Shown here piece by piece: positions 25,475 through 36,388 of a stretch of 64,000 nt of DNA. Origin of the DNA: Clostridia bacterium (lineage in GTDB: Bacteria; Bacillota; Clostridia; Saccharofermentanales; UBA5734); NCBI GenBank assembly GCA_040772725.1, contig JAXGXR010000002.1, forward strand, positions 477,635-541,634, read 5' to 3'. Position numbers and translations under genes: made by a program. Numbering within the stretch: the first letter of the stretch is position 1; each line of letters opens with the position of its first letter. Below the pieces are notes generated by a model. The model made no database searches. It had not been told where the DNA came from and saw only the letters and a program-made list of their open reading frames with translations.

Positions 25475-25794
25475 AAGACAAGAATATTAGCCCTGGATTT
25501 CCACCACGACATTCACGTGCCACCTCCAACATCCGTTTTCTGCCCGCCAACTGGTTTTCCCCGGAAGATTCATTAAAATAATATGAAACCGACCGGCAGG
25601 CTCCATAAGGTCGCCAGTTTTTTTACGCCACTCGATTAGTTTCATCCGGCTCAAACCCTCGTCAAAATGACGTAGAATCAAGCCTTGGCGGGGTTTCGTC
25701 TTGACGATATCAACCAAATGGAATAGGCTGGACATAGACCTGAAACTAAAATTTGATATTCAATTGATTCATCATATGAAGGGAGACCACGATC

Positions 25795-26199
25795 ATGGCG
25801 AAACTGAGCGTTGTGGAAGGCATTGGCGAATCCTATGAAGGCAAATTGAAAGAAGCAGGAATCACGTCCCTCGAAGCATTCCTCGAGCAATGCGCGACCA
25901 AGAAGAACCGGGCTGAACTGGCTGAGAAGACAGGCATTTCCGAGAAACTGATCCTGAAGTGGGTCAACCACGCCGACCTGATGCGCATCAAGGGCATTGG
26001 CGGTGAATATTCCGAACTGCTGGAAGCCGCCGGCGTCGACACCGTGCCCGAGCTGGCCAACCGCAAGCCGGAAAACCTCTTCGCTAAAATGGTCGAGGTC
26101 AACACCGAGAAAAAACTCGTCCGCAAGCTCCCCGTCGAGAAGCAGGTCGCCGGCTGGGTCGCCCAGGCCAAAGAACTGCCCAGAAAGCTCACCTACTGA
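25795..26199 (+). CDS. DUF4332-like helix-hairpin-helix protein
   Basis: 134 aa with two HhH-like repeats (VEGIGESYEGKLKEAGI; IKGIGGEYSELLEAAGV). GGGAGA RBS. Followed by a terminator. Confidence 0.65.
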   Translation: MAKLSVVEGIGESYEGKLKEAGITSLEAFLEQCATKKNRAELAEKTGISEKLILKWVNHADLMRIKGIGGEYSELLEAAGVDTVPELANRKPENLFAKMVEVNTEKKLVRKLPVEKQVAGWVAQAKELPRKLTY

Positions 26200-26242
26200 G
26201 TTTTCATCTCATGACGCTTAAATGAAATCCAAGAACAAACAG

Positions 26243-26274
26243 GACCGGCCGATAGCAAAAGGCCGGTCTTTTGT
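26243..26274 (+). terminator. Intrinsic terminator (GACCGGCC-loop-GGCCGGTC-TTTT)
   Basis: Perfect 8-bp GC stem followed by a T-tract, 45 nt after the stop codon. Confidence 0.7.
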
Positions 26275-26564
26275 TTGGTGCGCCACGTATGGAGTATGCC
26301 CGGCACTGCCCACTACGAGTTCCGCTCGGGTGCCTGGCACCGCCAAGCGCGCACCCTGGCACCTTAACGGAACTTGCCAGCCCTGGCCGCAGTCTAATCA
26401 CCAAACCTTCACCTGACAAGCACATACACGCACTTAACAAATGTCCCGATTTGTGGAATAATGGCTGTGTCGTTCAACAAAACCGCGCTTATCAGTTGAT
26501 CTGAAAAATATTTAGCACAATTAAGGCCCAAAGGCCGATCAAACCGGATGGAGCCCCCCTTGAC

Positions 26565-29500
26565 ATGCCAAATCGCAAAACCTTGACCCGCATATTGACT
26601 GTGATCCTCTGCCTGTCATTCGCACTGAGTGGCTGCAGTCACTTTGCCGATAACTGGACCAAGCCGATCGGCGTGACCGAAACGACGGCCAAGCAAACGA
26701 CCACTCAGTCTGGCCAGACCACAGCCCCGGCCCAGAAGACGCTGGTGATCTCCGAGGTCATGAGCAACAATGTCGGATCGCTCACCCTGCAGGACGGCAC
26801 GACACCTGACTGGATCGAACTGTACAACGCCGGTGACAAGGCCGTCAGCCTGACGGGGTACATGCTTTCGGACAACACCAAGAGACCGGATAAATATGTC
26901 TTCAAGACCGGCACCGTCCAGCCGGGCGCGGCCCTGCTGCTCTACGCTGGCGCGACGGATGAGGAAACGACCGGCGGCTCTACGCAAACCGGCGCGATCC
27001 AACTGCCGTTCGGCATCAGCAGCGCGGGCGAAGAACTGATCCTGACCGCACCGGACGGCAATGTCGCGGACCAGTGGACCATACCGGCCCTGCCGCCAGA
27101 CATCGCGTTTGGCATCCAGGGTCAAGACATAACATCTTCAGCCTCAAAAGTGTTTTTTGGCCACCCGACTCCCGGCAAGCCCAACGGCACTGATGGCAAG
27201 GCGACGGCGGATGCCGCGATCATCCCGGCGATCACGAGCTTGTTGATCAACGAGTATTGCACGCGCAACGCATCCTTTTATGATGAGGCCGGCGACTATC
27301 CGGATTGGGTCGAGTTGTACAACAGCGGTGACCAGCCACTCGACCTGAGCGGCTATTATCTCTCGGACGACCTGGCCAATCCGGAAAAATGGCAGTTCCC
27401 CCAGACCATTCTGGAGCCCAAATCCTACTTGCTTCTGATGCTCGGCGGAAAGATCCCGGGCACAGCAGACACTGAAGAGCCGCCCGCGACTGAAGGGCGC
27501 CTCCGGGTCGACTTCAGGCTTGGCACAGACGATACAAACCTGTTGATCAGCGACACCCGTGGCCGCACCGTCGCCAGCACTGAACTCGAGCACCTGCCGC
27601 TGAACGTCTCCAAAGGCCGCCTTCCGGACGATCCGGAAACGTGGGGCTATTTCCCCAAGGCGACGCCGGGCCAGCCGAACACGACCGTTTCGTTCCCGAC
27701 CCTGGCCCTGGCCAACTCACAGGCGAGCCGCACACTTTTCATCAGCGAGGTCTTCGCCCAGGATGGTGTCAACACCGCAACCCCTGTAAAAGACTGGATC
27801 GAGCTGTACAACAACACCAACGAAGTCATCAACCTGTCGGGTTATGGCCTGAGTGACAGCAGCAACGATCCGTTCCGGCTGACTTTGGCCGACCTGACGA
27901 TCAATTCCAAAAGCACGGTGGCCGTCGAACCGGACACTTTTTCCATATCGGCCGGTGGGGAGACGATCCTGCTGACCAACCCGGCCGGCATCATCGAGGA
28001 CGCGTTCGCGACCGGCTACCTGAGGCCCGGCGCCAGCAGCGGCCGCCAGATCCAGGCAGACGGAGCAGGCGGCCTGGACCGTTTTTTTTATTTGACCCCG
28101 ATGAAAAACGAGGTCAATACATCAACGGCGTATCGGACCTATACATCCATGCCGGAAATTTCAGCCAGGACTGAGACGAATAGCGAAACGTCAGACAATC
28201 TCTATATCAACGGCCCGGTCCAGGTCTCGATCGAGACGGCCATGCCGGACGCGAAAATTTACTATACGCTGGACGGGCGGACCCCCACGGCCGGTTCCAC
28301 CCGCTACCAGGGTACGTTTCGTGTCGACCGCTCACTGGTCGTTCGGGCGGTCGCCATCGCTCCGGCCTGCCTGCCGAGCGATGTCACCAGCCGGACCTTT
28401 CTCAAGGAAACCCCGCACACCCTGCCGGTCGTCAGCCTCACCGGCAATCCGGCCCAGCTGACCGGGGCAGCCGAGGGGATTCTCGCCAGTCAGACATCGA
28501 CTGCGGAGATGCCGGCGACGTTTGCCTTCTATGAAACGGATGGCCGTCTGGGCATCGACTTCAACGTCGGCCTGCAGCTGCACGGCCAGTTCAGCAAACG
28601 GGAGGACCAGAAGTCGCTCGAGGTGAAGATCCGCTCCTCCTACGGCGACAGTGAAGTGACCTATCCGTTTTTCGAGGACTACGATGTGTCGACCTTCAAG
28701 CGGCTCATCCTGCGCACCTCCGGACAGGACTGGAAGATGACCAAGGTGCGCGACGCGTTCATGACCCGGGTGGTCATGGGCCATGTCGAGCTGGACTGCA
28801 TGGCGATCCGCAACTGTATCCTCTACGTCAACGGGGAGTATTACGGTCTCTATGAAATCCGCGAAAAACTCGACCAGTTCTACGCCGCCTCGCACTTCGG
28901 CGTCGACCCGGACAAGGTCGACCTGATCAAAGGCACCTCGGCTGTCGTGTCCGGCAGCAACGCTGACTACAAGGAACTGATCGCCTACACCAAAGCGCAC
29001 AGTATGAACGACCCGGTCGCCTACAAGAGGGTCCTCGACTGGGTGGACGAAGAGAGCCTGATGGACTTTGTCATCGTCCAGTCGTTCTTCAGCAATCCCG
29101 ACTCGGGCAACAAGAAATTCTGGCGCCCGGCTGTCGAGGGCGGTGAGTACCGATACATGTTGTTCGACCTCGACTGGGCGATGTTCCCGTCAACCTACGA
29201 GCGCGACCGCCTCAAGGGCGACCTGCTCGACCCGGCCGGCCACGGCCAGGGCAATTTCTTCAGCACGACCCTGCAAGTCAAGCTGATGGAAAATCCCGAA
29301 TTCGAGAAAAAATTCGTCGAGCGTTACGCCAATTTCCTCAACACGATTTTCGAGACGGACCGGATGCTTCGGATCCTGGATGAGAGTGTCGCGATCGTCG
29401 AGCCGGAGATGGCGCGCCAGATCGCCCGCTGGGGCCAGCCGTCAAGCATCAACTCCTGGAAGAACATGGTGGGTACGCTGCGCCGGATCACCAGTGAAAA

Positions 29501-29588
29501 GCGGGATCTGATGATCGCCAGCCTGCAACAGAATTTCAATTTGAGCCAGTCGCGGATGAAAGAGCTGTTTCCGGAGGATTTCCGATGA
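26565..29588 (+). CDS. CotH-family atypical kinase lipoprotein with three lamin-tail (LTD) domains and a chitobiase/hexosaminidase-C-like domain
   Basis: Signal peptide plus lipobox (LSFALSGC). Three LTD repeats (ISEVMSNN...DWIELYN, INEYCTRN...DWVELYN, ISEVFAQD...DWIELYN). AKIYYTLDGRTP motif. C-terminal CotH region (LILRTSGQDW, LYVNGEYYGLYEIREK, KKFWRP). Confidence 0.8.
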   Translation: MPNRKTLTRILTVILCLSFALSGCSHFADNWTKPIGVTETTAKQTTTQSGQTTAPAQKTLVISEVMSNNVGSLTLQDGTTPDWIELYNAGDKAVSLTGYMLSDNTKRPDKYVFKTGTVQPGAALLLYAGATDEETTGGSTQTGAIQLPFGISSAGEELILTAPDGNVADQWTIPALPPDIAFGIQGQDITSSASKVFFGHPTPGKPNGTDGKATADAAIIPAITSLLINEYCTRNASFYDEAGDYPDWVELYNSGDQPLDLSGYYLSDDLANPEKWQFPQTILEPKSYLLLMLGGKIPGTADTEEPPATEGRLRVDFRLGTDDTNLLISDTRGRTVASTELEHLPLNVSKGRLPDDPETWGYFPKATPGQPNTTVSFPTLALANSQASRTLFISEVFAQDGVNTATPVKDWIELYNNTNEVINLSGYGLSDSSNDPFRLTLADLTINSKSTVAVEPDTFSISAGGETILLTNPAGIIEDAFATGYLRPGASSGRQIQADGAGGLDRFFYLTPMKNEVNTSTAYRTYTSMPEISARTETNSETSDNLYINGPVQVSIETAMPDAKIYYTLDGRTPTAGSTRYQGTFRVDRSLVVRAVAIAPACLPSDVTSRTFLKETPHTLPVVSLTGNPAQLTGAAEGILASQTSTAEMPATFAFYETDGRLGIDFNVGLQLHGQFSKREDQKSLEVKIRSSYGDSEVTYPFFEDYDVSTFKRLILRTSGQDWKMTKVRDAFMTRVVMGHVELDCMAIRNCILYVNGEYYGLYEIREKLDQFYAASHFGVDPDKVDLIKGTSAVVSGSNADYKELIAYTKAHSMNDPVAYKRVLDWVDEESLMDFVIVQSFFSNPDSGNKKFWRPAVEGGEYRYMLFDLDWAMFPSTYERDRLKGDLLDPAGHGQGNFFSTTLQVKLMENPEFEKKFVERYANFLNTIFETDRMLRILDESVAIVEPEMARQIARWGQPSSINSWKNMVGTLRRITSEKRDLMIASLQQNFNLSQSRMKELFPEDFR

Positions 29589-30535
29589 AAAAGCATGACC
29601 GCCCGCCGCAAGAACTCGCTCGCAAACCTGCGCCCGTGCATCATCCTGCTGACCAGACGACCGCGCCGTCCCCGGAGCCAAGCGTGGTGATCCCGGATAC
29701 GCTGCGCTCCGCGCCGGTCCGGCAGAAACACGGCAAGCCGATCGAGCGGCCGCAGAAAATCTGGCGTCATGAGGACAAATATCTGCTGGACGAGTATTCG
29801 TTCACCCGGCTTTACTGGCAGCTTCGGCCATTTGTCGGGCTCGACCGGCATGCCGAGACGGACGGATGGCTGGGTGATCCGGCAGGCCTCGATGAGATCC
29901 CGGGTCTCGCGACCGACGCCCAGTATCCCGGCTACCAGGTCAAAAGCCTCTACTTTGACACGATCGGCCGGCACGGCCTCTTTGAAAAGCTGGCCGGCAT
30001 CGACCAGCGGTTCAAATACCGTGTCCGCATTTATAATAATGGTGATCATGTCATCCACCTCGAGAAAAAGATGAAACGCAACCAGTACTGCCTCAAGAGC
30101 AGTATCCCGATCTCCCGGTCGCAACTGGATGCGTTGCTGGCCGGCGATGCGGAATGGCTGCTCGAGGCCGGCCCACCGGGCACGGACCTGTATACGGAGA
30201 TGCGGACCCGCCTGATGAAACCGCTCGTCCTGGTCGACTATCACCGGATCCCGCTGATCTGGCCGGCTGACGAGATCCGCATCACCTTTGACAGCCACCT
30301 CTCGACCGGACTGTTCCGGACCGACCTGTTCGAGGAACACGCGGCGATGCACCCGGTGCTGTCACCCGGCCAGGTGATCCTTGAGGTGAAATACAACCAC
30401 TTCCTGCCCGATTTTTTAAACGCGCTGCTCTCCCAATCCGGCGCGATGCCCGTCTCCCTGAGCAAATACGCCATGTGCTGCCGCGAGATCAGCTTTGCCA
30501 GCTGGTCCGACCCGCAGGACACCCTGGATGATTGA
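29585..30535 (+). CDS. VTC-domain (polyphosphate polymerase catalytic tunnel domain) protein
   Basis: The start overlaps the cotH stop (ATGA). HEDKYLL...VKSLYFDT...RVRIY...LEKK...LEVKY pattern of alternating basic and acidic beta-strands is typical of VTC/CYTH tunnel domains. Confidence 0.7.
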   Translation: MKKHDRPPQELARKPAPVHHPADQTTAPSPEPSVVIPDTLRSAPVRQKHGKPIERPQKIWRHEDKYLLDEYSFTRLYWQLRPFVGLDRHAETDGWLGDPAGLDEIPGLATDAQYPGYQVKSLYFDTIGRHGLFEKLAGIDQRFKYRVRIYNNGDHVIHLEKKMKRNQYCLKSSIPISRSQLDALLAGDAEWLLEAGPPGTDLYTEMRTRLMKPLVLVDYHRIPLIWPADEIRITFDSHLSTGLFRTDLFEEHAAMHPVLSPGQVILEVKYNHFLPDFLNALLSQSGAMPVSLSKYAMCCREISFASWSDPQDTLDD

Positions 30536-30571
30536 TCACGCGACAACGCGAACGAGAAAGGAACCAAACGG

Positions 30572-31225
30572 ATGAAAGACTTGCTGCAGAAATTGGTCGA
30601 TGTCGACATCAACCAGCCCCTGACCTATGAGCGGATTTTCCTGACCTTCACTGTGACCTTCTTCATGGGCCTCCTGATCCTTCTGATCTACCGGCTGACC
30701 TACAAAGGGGTGCTGTTCAACCGGACTTTCGGCACGTCGCTCCTGATGGTGTCGATGGTCACGTCGCTGGTCATCATGCCGATCAGTTCCAACATTGTCC
30801 TGTCGCTCGGCATGGTCGGCGCCCTGTCGATCGTGCGTTTCCGGACCGCGCTCAAGGATCCGCTCGACATCGTCTACATGTTCTGGGCGATCGCGCTTGG
30901 ACTGACGGCCGGTGCCGGGTTCTTTGAACTGGCGGTCATCGGCTGCGTTCTTCTGGCGATCATCATGGTGGTGGTGACGGCCATTTCCCAGTATGGCCTG
31001 AAGCGGCCCTATCTTCTGGTCATCCGCTACAGCCCGATGTTCCGCGGCGAGTTCTCCCAGTTCATACCCCCTTACAAAGTCAAGAGCAAGACCGTGACTC
31101 CGCAGGCCATCGAGCTGGTGGTCGAACTGACCCTGAAAAATCAGGACAGCCGTTTCCTCGACCGTCTGCAGCAGATGGACGGCATCCTGTCCGCATCCCT
31201 GGTCCGCTACAGCGGTGATTTCTGA
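30572..31225 (+). CDS. DUF4956-like small polytopic membrane protein
   Basis: Four hydrophobic helices including the MVGALSIVRFRTALKDPLDIVYMFWAIALGLTAGAG signature, then a soluble C-terminal domain. By recollection this gene co-occurs with CotH and VTC genes. Confidence 0.65.
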   Translation: MKDLLQKLVDVDINQPLTYERIFLTFTVTFFMGLLILLIYRLTYKGVLFNRTFGTSLLMVSMVTSLVIMPISSNIVLSLGMVGALSIVRFRTALKDPLDIVYMFWAIALGLTAGAGFFELAVIGCVLLAIIMVVVTAISQYGLKRPYLLVIRYSPMFRGEFSQFIPPYKVKSKTVTPQAIELVVELTLKNQDSRFLDRLQQMDGILSASLVRYSGDF

Positions 31226-31312
31226 TATTGAACCTGCAGTTCCCTGGATCGAGCCAGCACGAAAAAGGCGCAAGAAGCCGATATTCTTGCCTTTGGGGTC
31301 ATTTTCCGCTAA

Positions 31313-32446
<1,134 letters not shown>

Positions 32447-32473
32447 TTCCTGCAACGAGTGCAAAATGCAGAC

Positions 32474-32510
32474 AGGGCATCCTCCCGGCCGGGAGGATGC
32501 CCTTTTTCCT
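32474..32510 (+). terminator. Intrinsic terminator of gap
   Basis: AGGGCATCCTCCC-GGCC-GGGAGGATGCCCT followed by TTTTT. Confidence 0.85.
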
Positions 32511-32569
32511 GTTTTCCGTTAAAATGAATCCAACCGGAGGTCCGAACTTCAAGACGAGGAGCGACACAG

Positions 32570-33289
32570 ATGATCACCATTCTGCTGGTTGACGACGACC
32601 CCCATATCCGACGCATCGTTGTCCGCTATCTGGAAAAAGCCGGTTTCAGGACGCTGGAAGCGGGCAATCTCCTGGAGGCGCGCACGGCCATGCAGGACGG
32701 ATTTCCCGATCTTGCTGTTCTGGATATCACCCTGCCGGACGGGTCCGGACTCGATATCTGCCGTCTGGTTCGGGAAGAAACGGGCATCCCGGTGATCATG
32801 CTGACGGCCCGGGGCGGCATCGACGATAAAATGAAAGCTTTCCGCAACGGCGCGGATGACTATCTGGTCAAACCGTTTGACCCGAATGAACTGGTGCTGA
32901 GGATCCAGGCCGTCCTGAAAAGGACCGGCCGTCCGGACGGCATCCGGCACCCGCTGTTGCACGATGATGTGATCTCCTTCGGTTGCGATCCGAAGACGCG
33001 GCTGACGGTGGATCCTTCGCGACATGAAATTCAGATTGGCGGCCAGCCGGTGCCGGTTCCCAGAAAAGAGTTCCAATTACTGGTGCTTCTGGCCATGAAT
33101 GTCGGCCGGACCCTGTCTCGTGACCAGATCATCGAGCACCTATGGGGAATCGACTTTTCCGGAGACCGGCGCGTGGTCGACCTGTATCTCGACCGCCTGC
33201 GCAAGCGCTTGAAACCCACCGTTGAGCAGCAGCCGGACTGGCAGCTGAAAACGGTCCGGGGCGTCGGCTACCGACTGGAGGCTCCCTGA
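32570..33289 (+). CDS. OmpR/PhoB-family response regulator
   Basis: Receiver domain (ILLVDDD...DLAVLDITLPDGSG...KPF) plus a winged-helix output domain (LTVDPSRHEI...KEFQLLVLLA...VRGVGYRL). Confidence 0.9.
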   Translation: MITILLVDDDPHIRRIVVRYLEKAGFRTLEAGNLLEARTAMQDGFPDLAVLDITLPDGSGLDICRLVREETGIPVIMLTARGGIDDKMKAFRNGADDYLVKPFDPNELVLRIQAVLKRTGRPDGIRHPLLHDDVISFGCDPKTRLTVDPSRHEIQIGGQPVPVPRKEFQLLVLLAMNVGRTLSRDQIIEHLWGIDFSGDRRVVDLYLDRLRKRLKPTVEQQPDWQLKTVRGVGYRLEAP

Positions 33290-34755
33290 TGAACAAGGAA
33301 AGTCCACAGGACCCGTCCGGCTTTCGAGGCGAAAGGCTACGTCACCGGCGCGATCAGAAACGCCAGCGCACCGTCTATGGCCAGTTTGTCCGGCGCTACC
33401 TGGCAGTCGCGCTCGCGAGCCTTTTAGCCTTTGCCGTGATCAGCGCCATCGCTTTGAGATTGTGGTCCATCAGTCAGGAAAAAGCCTATCTCGAAACCAA
33501 GGCGCTGGGGATCCGCGACTTGATCAACGACGTCGCGGGAAGCGAAGTCACCCTGCAGGAGATGAATCGGCAACTGAGATCGATCCAGGGAAACGAAGGA
33601 CTGGAAGTGTATCTTCCGGATGGGGACGGCTTTGGCCAGCATGCCTACAATCCGGTTGTCGGGGCGGAGCTGGCTCGCCTGGTCGGAACAGAGGATCTGT
33701 CGGCGATCCCGTCCCAGCGTGATCAGACACGCTTCATCCTGTCCCCGCCCGGCTTCAACGCCCAGGTCCCGACGGTCATCGCGGTCATCGCGACCGAGCC
33801 GGGCACCTTGTTTTTGTTCCGAAGCCGGGTCTATGTGTCGGCGGTCAACGGTTGGCGACTGACGGCCATCTTCTGGGGGCTGGCCCTGGCTTTTCTACTG
33901 ATCGGAGCCTTGTCGCTTTTCATCCTGCTGAGAACCTTGAAAAACCTCCTCAAGCCGCTGACCGAAATCGCGGCTGTCGCGGATGGCATCCTGTCTCACG
34001 ACTATACGGTTCGCGTCTCCGAACCGCCCGAGCAGGATTTGCGTGTCATAGCCGCCTCTGTCAACCGAATGGTGGAAAAACTGGCGCTCCTGGAAGACAC
34101 CCGTCAGGAATACATGGGGCGGATCGCGCATGAACTGCGTACGCCGCTGACGATTTTGCGAGGGACAGTCACCGGCATCCTCGACGGGATCATCGATCCG
34201 GAAAAAGAGCCGGATTTTCTGCAGGTCACGCTCAAGGAACTGGATCGCATGGAAGAGCTGGTCAACAACCTGATCGACCTGTCAGTACTCGAACAAAGTG
34301 ATTTCCCGCTCGATATCGTCGAAACGGATCTCACAGCACTGCTCAAGGACACGGTCTCCGTCACCCTGCCTTCAGCCAGGGCCGGGCAACAGACACTGAC
34401 GGCCGACATCGCGCAGCAGATGACCGGACAGGTCGACCCGGCCAGGATCCGCCAGGTGCTTTTGAACCTGATCGGCAACAGCATCAAATACGCCGGCGCC
34501 GGCGCAATCATCCAGCTCGCCGCAAAGCTCGAGGGCGGTCAGCTCATCGTGTCGGTGACAGACAATGGCCCCGGCATACCTCCAGAAGACTGCGCGGTCA
34601 TCTTCGAAAAATACCGCATCTCCGCCAGACGCGGGGGAGGAACGGGCCTGGGCCTCTCTGTTGCCCAATCGATCGTCAAGGCGCATGGCGGGACGATCGA
34701 CGTTGAGTCAGACGGAAATAGCTTCACCCGATTCACGTTTGGCCTTCCGGTCTGA
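33289..34755 (+). CDS. Sensor histidine kinase (two TM helices, HAMP, HisKA, HATPase_c)
   Basis: H-box IAHELRTPLT, N-box LLNLIGNSIKYA, G-boxes DNGPGI and GTGLGLS. ATGA overlap with the regulator gene. Confidence 0.9.
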   Translation: MNKESPQDPSGFRGERLRHRRDQKRQRTVYGQFVRRYLAVALASLLAFAVISAIALRLWSISQEKAYLETKALGIRDLINDVAGSEVTLQEMNRQLRSIQGNEGLEVYLPDGDGFGQHAYNPVVGAELARLVGTEDLSAIPSQRDQTRFILSPPGFNAQVPTVIAVIATEPGTLFLFRSRVYVSAVNGWRLTAIFWGLALAFLLIGALSLFILLRTLKNLLKPLTEIAAVADGILSHDYTVRVSEPPEQDLRVIAASVNRMVEKLALLEDTRQEYMGRIAHELRTPLTILRGTVTGILDGIIDPEKEPDFLQVTLKELDRMEELVNNLIDLSVLEQSDFPLDIVETDLTALLKDTVSVTLPSARAGQQTLTADIAQQMTGQVDPARIRQVLLNLIGNSIKYAGAGAIIQLAAKLEGGQLIVSVTDNGPGIPPEDCAVIFEKYRISARRGGGTGLGLSVAQSIVKAHGGTIDVESDGNSFTRFTFGLPV

Positions 34756-34797
34756 TCCGGGCAGGCAAAGAAGCACTTTGGAAAGGAGACCCAGAAG

Positions 34798-35247
34798 ATG
34801 AATGGACAAGACCGGTCAGAGCATCCGGCACAGAAGTTGCCCGTGCCGGTGAAGACCCTCATAGAAAGGGCACTGGCCGCCAAAGAACAGGCCTATGTGC
34901 CGTTTTCCCATTTCCGTGTAGGCGCGGCGCTGGAGGCGGCGGATGGCACGATCTACACCGGCTGCAATGTCGAGAACAGTTCCTTCGGCGCGACCAATTG
35001 CGCCGAACGCACGGCGATTTTCAAGGCCGTGTCGGATGGTGTCCGGGAAGTGCGGCAGCTGGCGGTCGTATCGGATGATGAGGATTTCTGCTCACCGTGC
35101 GGGATTTGCCGGCAGGTCATGGCAGAATTCGCCACGCCGGACTTTCTGGTCCATCTGGCCAGGCCCGATGGACAATACAAGAGTTTCACGCTCGAACAGA
35201 TCCTGCCGGAGGCGTTCCGGCTCAGGCCGGATGAACAGAAGGGCTGA
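34798..35247 (+). CDS. cdd: Cytidine deaminase
   Basis: Zinc-binding motifs CAERTAIF and CSPCGICRQV. Tetrameric-type length. Confidence 0.85.
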   Translation: MNGQDRSEHPAQKLPVPVKTLIERALAAKEQAYVPFSHFRVGAALEAADGTIYTGCNVENSSFGATNCAERTAIFKAVSDGVREVRQLAVVSDDEDFCSPCGICRQVMAEFATPDFLVHLARPDGQYKSFTLEQILPEAFRLRPDEQKG

Positions 35248-35268
35248 AGTGTCAGAAAGGAGCGGGTT

Positions 35269-36222
35269 TTAACGCTCCGGCCGGCGCAAGTCACCGGTCG
35301 TGTCACAGATGATGTAGAGCGGCCGGCCCTTGACCTCCTCGAAAATCCGGGCGATGTACTCGCCGATGATGCCCAGGACGATCAGGACGATGCCGAACAG
35401 GAACAGCATGACGCACATCAGGGAAGCCCAGCCACGTTCCATGACGAACAGGTTGAACAGGCGGCTGATGAAGATGAACAGCAGAAACAGGAAACTGCCG
35501 GCTGAAATGAAGACACCGAGCCCGATCCCGAGCCGCAACGGCTTGTAGGAAAAGGAAGCGATGCCGTCCATGGCCAGTTTGACCATTTTTCGGAACGGGT
35601 ATTTGGTTTCACCGGCAAAACGCGGTTCGCGGACATAGTCGACAAATGTCTGGCGAAAGCCCAGCCAACTGATCAGACCGCGGACATAGCGGTTGTGCTC
35701 CGGGATTTTCAAGAGCGCGTCACGCACTTTGGCGTCAATCAGACGGAAATCGCCCACATCGACCGGGATGTCGACATCGGTCATGCGGCGTAAAAAGCGA
35801 TAATACAGCTTGGCGGTGAGCCGCTTCTGGACTGTCTCGCCTTCGCGGCGGATCCGGTGGCCGTAGACGACCTCGAAGCCTTCCCGCCACTTTTCGATCA
35901 TGCCGGGGATGACCTCCGGCGGGTCCTGAAGATCGGCGTCGATGACAATGATGGCATCGCCGGACGCGTGGTCCATGCCGGCCGTGATGGCCGTCTGGTG
36001 GCCGAAATTGCGGGAGAAGCTGATCAGCTTGAAAACGGGGTCCTGTTGGCAAAGTTCGCGAAGAAGAGATGCGGAACGGTCGCGGCTGCCATCATTGATC
36101 GCGATGATCTCGAAAGGCTCGCCGAGGGCGACCATGGTCGCCCGGATGCGCCGGCAGCTTTCCAGGATCACGGCTTCTTCGTTATAGACAGGCAGCACCA
36201 CGGAATAACGCGGATGTTGCAT
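35269..36222 (-). CDS. Family-2 glycosyltransferase, polyprenyl-phosphate sugar transferase type (GtrB/DPM1-like) with two C-terminal TM helices
   Basis: VVLPVYNEE, NDGSRD and IDADLQDPPE motifs. Start set at the ATG at 36222, preceded by GGAGGT. Confidence 0.85.
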   Translation of the reverse strand: MQHPRYSVVLPVYNEEAVILESCRRIRATMVALGEPFEIIAINDGSRDRSASLLRELCQQDPVFKLISFSRNFGHQTAITAGMDHASGDAIIVIDADLQDPPEVIPGMIEKWREGFEVVYGHRIRREGETVQKRLTAKLYYRFLRRMTDVDIPVDVGDFRLIDAKVRDALLKIPEHNRYVRGLISWLGFRQTFVDYVREPRFAGETKYPFRKMVKLAMDGIASFSYKPLRLGIGLGVFISAGSFLFLLFIFISRLFNLFVMERGWASLMCVMLFLFGIVLIVLGIIGEYIARIFEEVKGRPLYIICDTTGDLRRPER

Positions 36223-36388
36223 GATTACCTCCAGCACAACACTCAAATTATAGCATAAATCGTGAAAGAGAACCGTTGCGAATATCACATGAAGGGTCGC
36301 ATGTTGGGTTATAATTAAGGTAGACCCTTTATAACCCGCGACAAGAACCTTGACAGTGCGAATCTAGAATCAGAAGGGAGCGGTCTCA

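Noticed and set aside
25487-25735. 82-aa minus-strand ORF (MSSLFHLVDIVKTKPRQGLILRHFDEGLSRMKLIEWRKK...) as a possible HTH/transposase remnant
   Set aside because: It shows only a vague HTH-like flavour, has no RBS, and I cannot assign a family. It might be a gene fragment, but the evidence is too thin to annotate.
7974-26360. TGGCAC strings in the palindromic repeats as sigma-54 (-24) promoter elements
   Set aside because: No TTGC(A/T) -12 element sits at the required spacing after any copy. The copies lie downstream of stop codons rather than upstream of genes. No sigma-54 activator gene is in the window.
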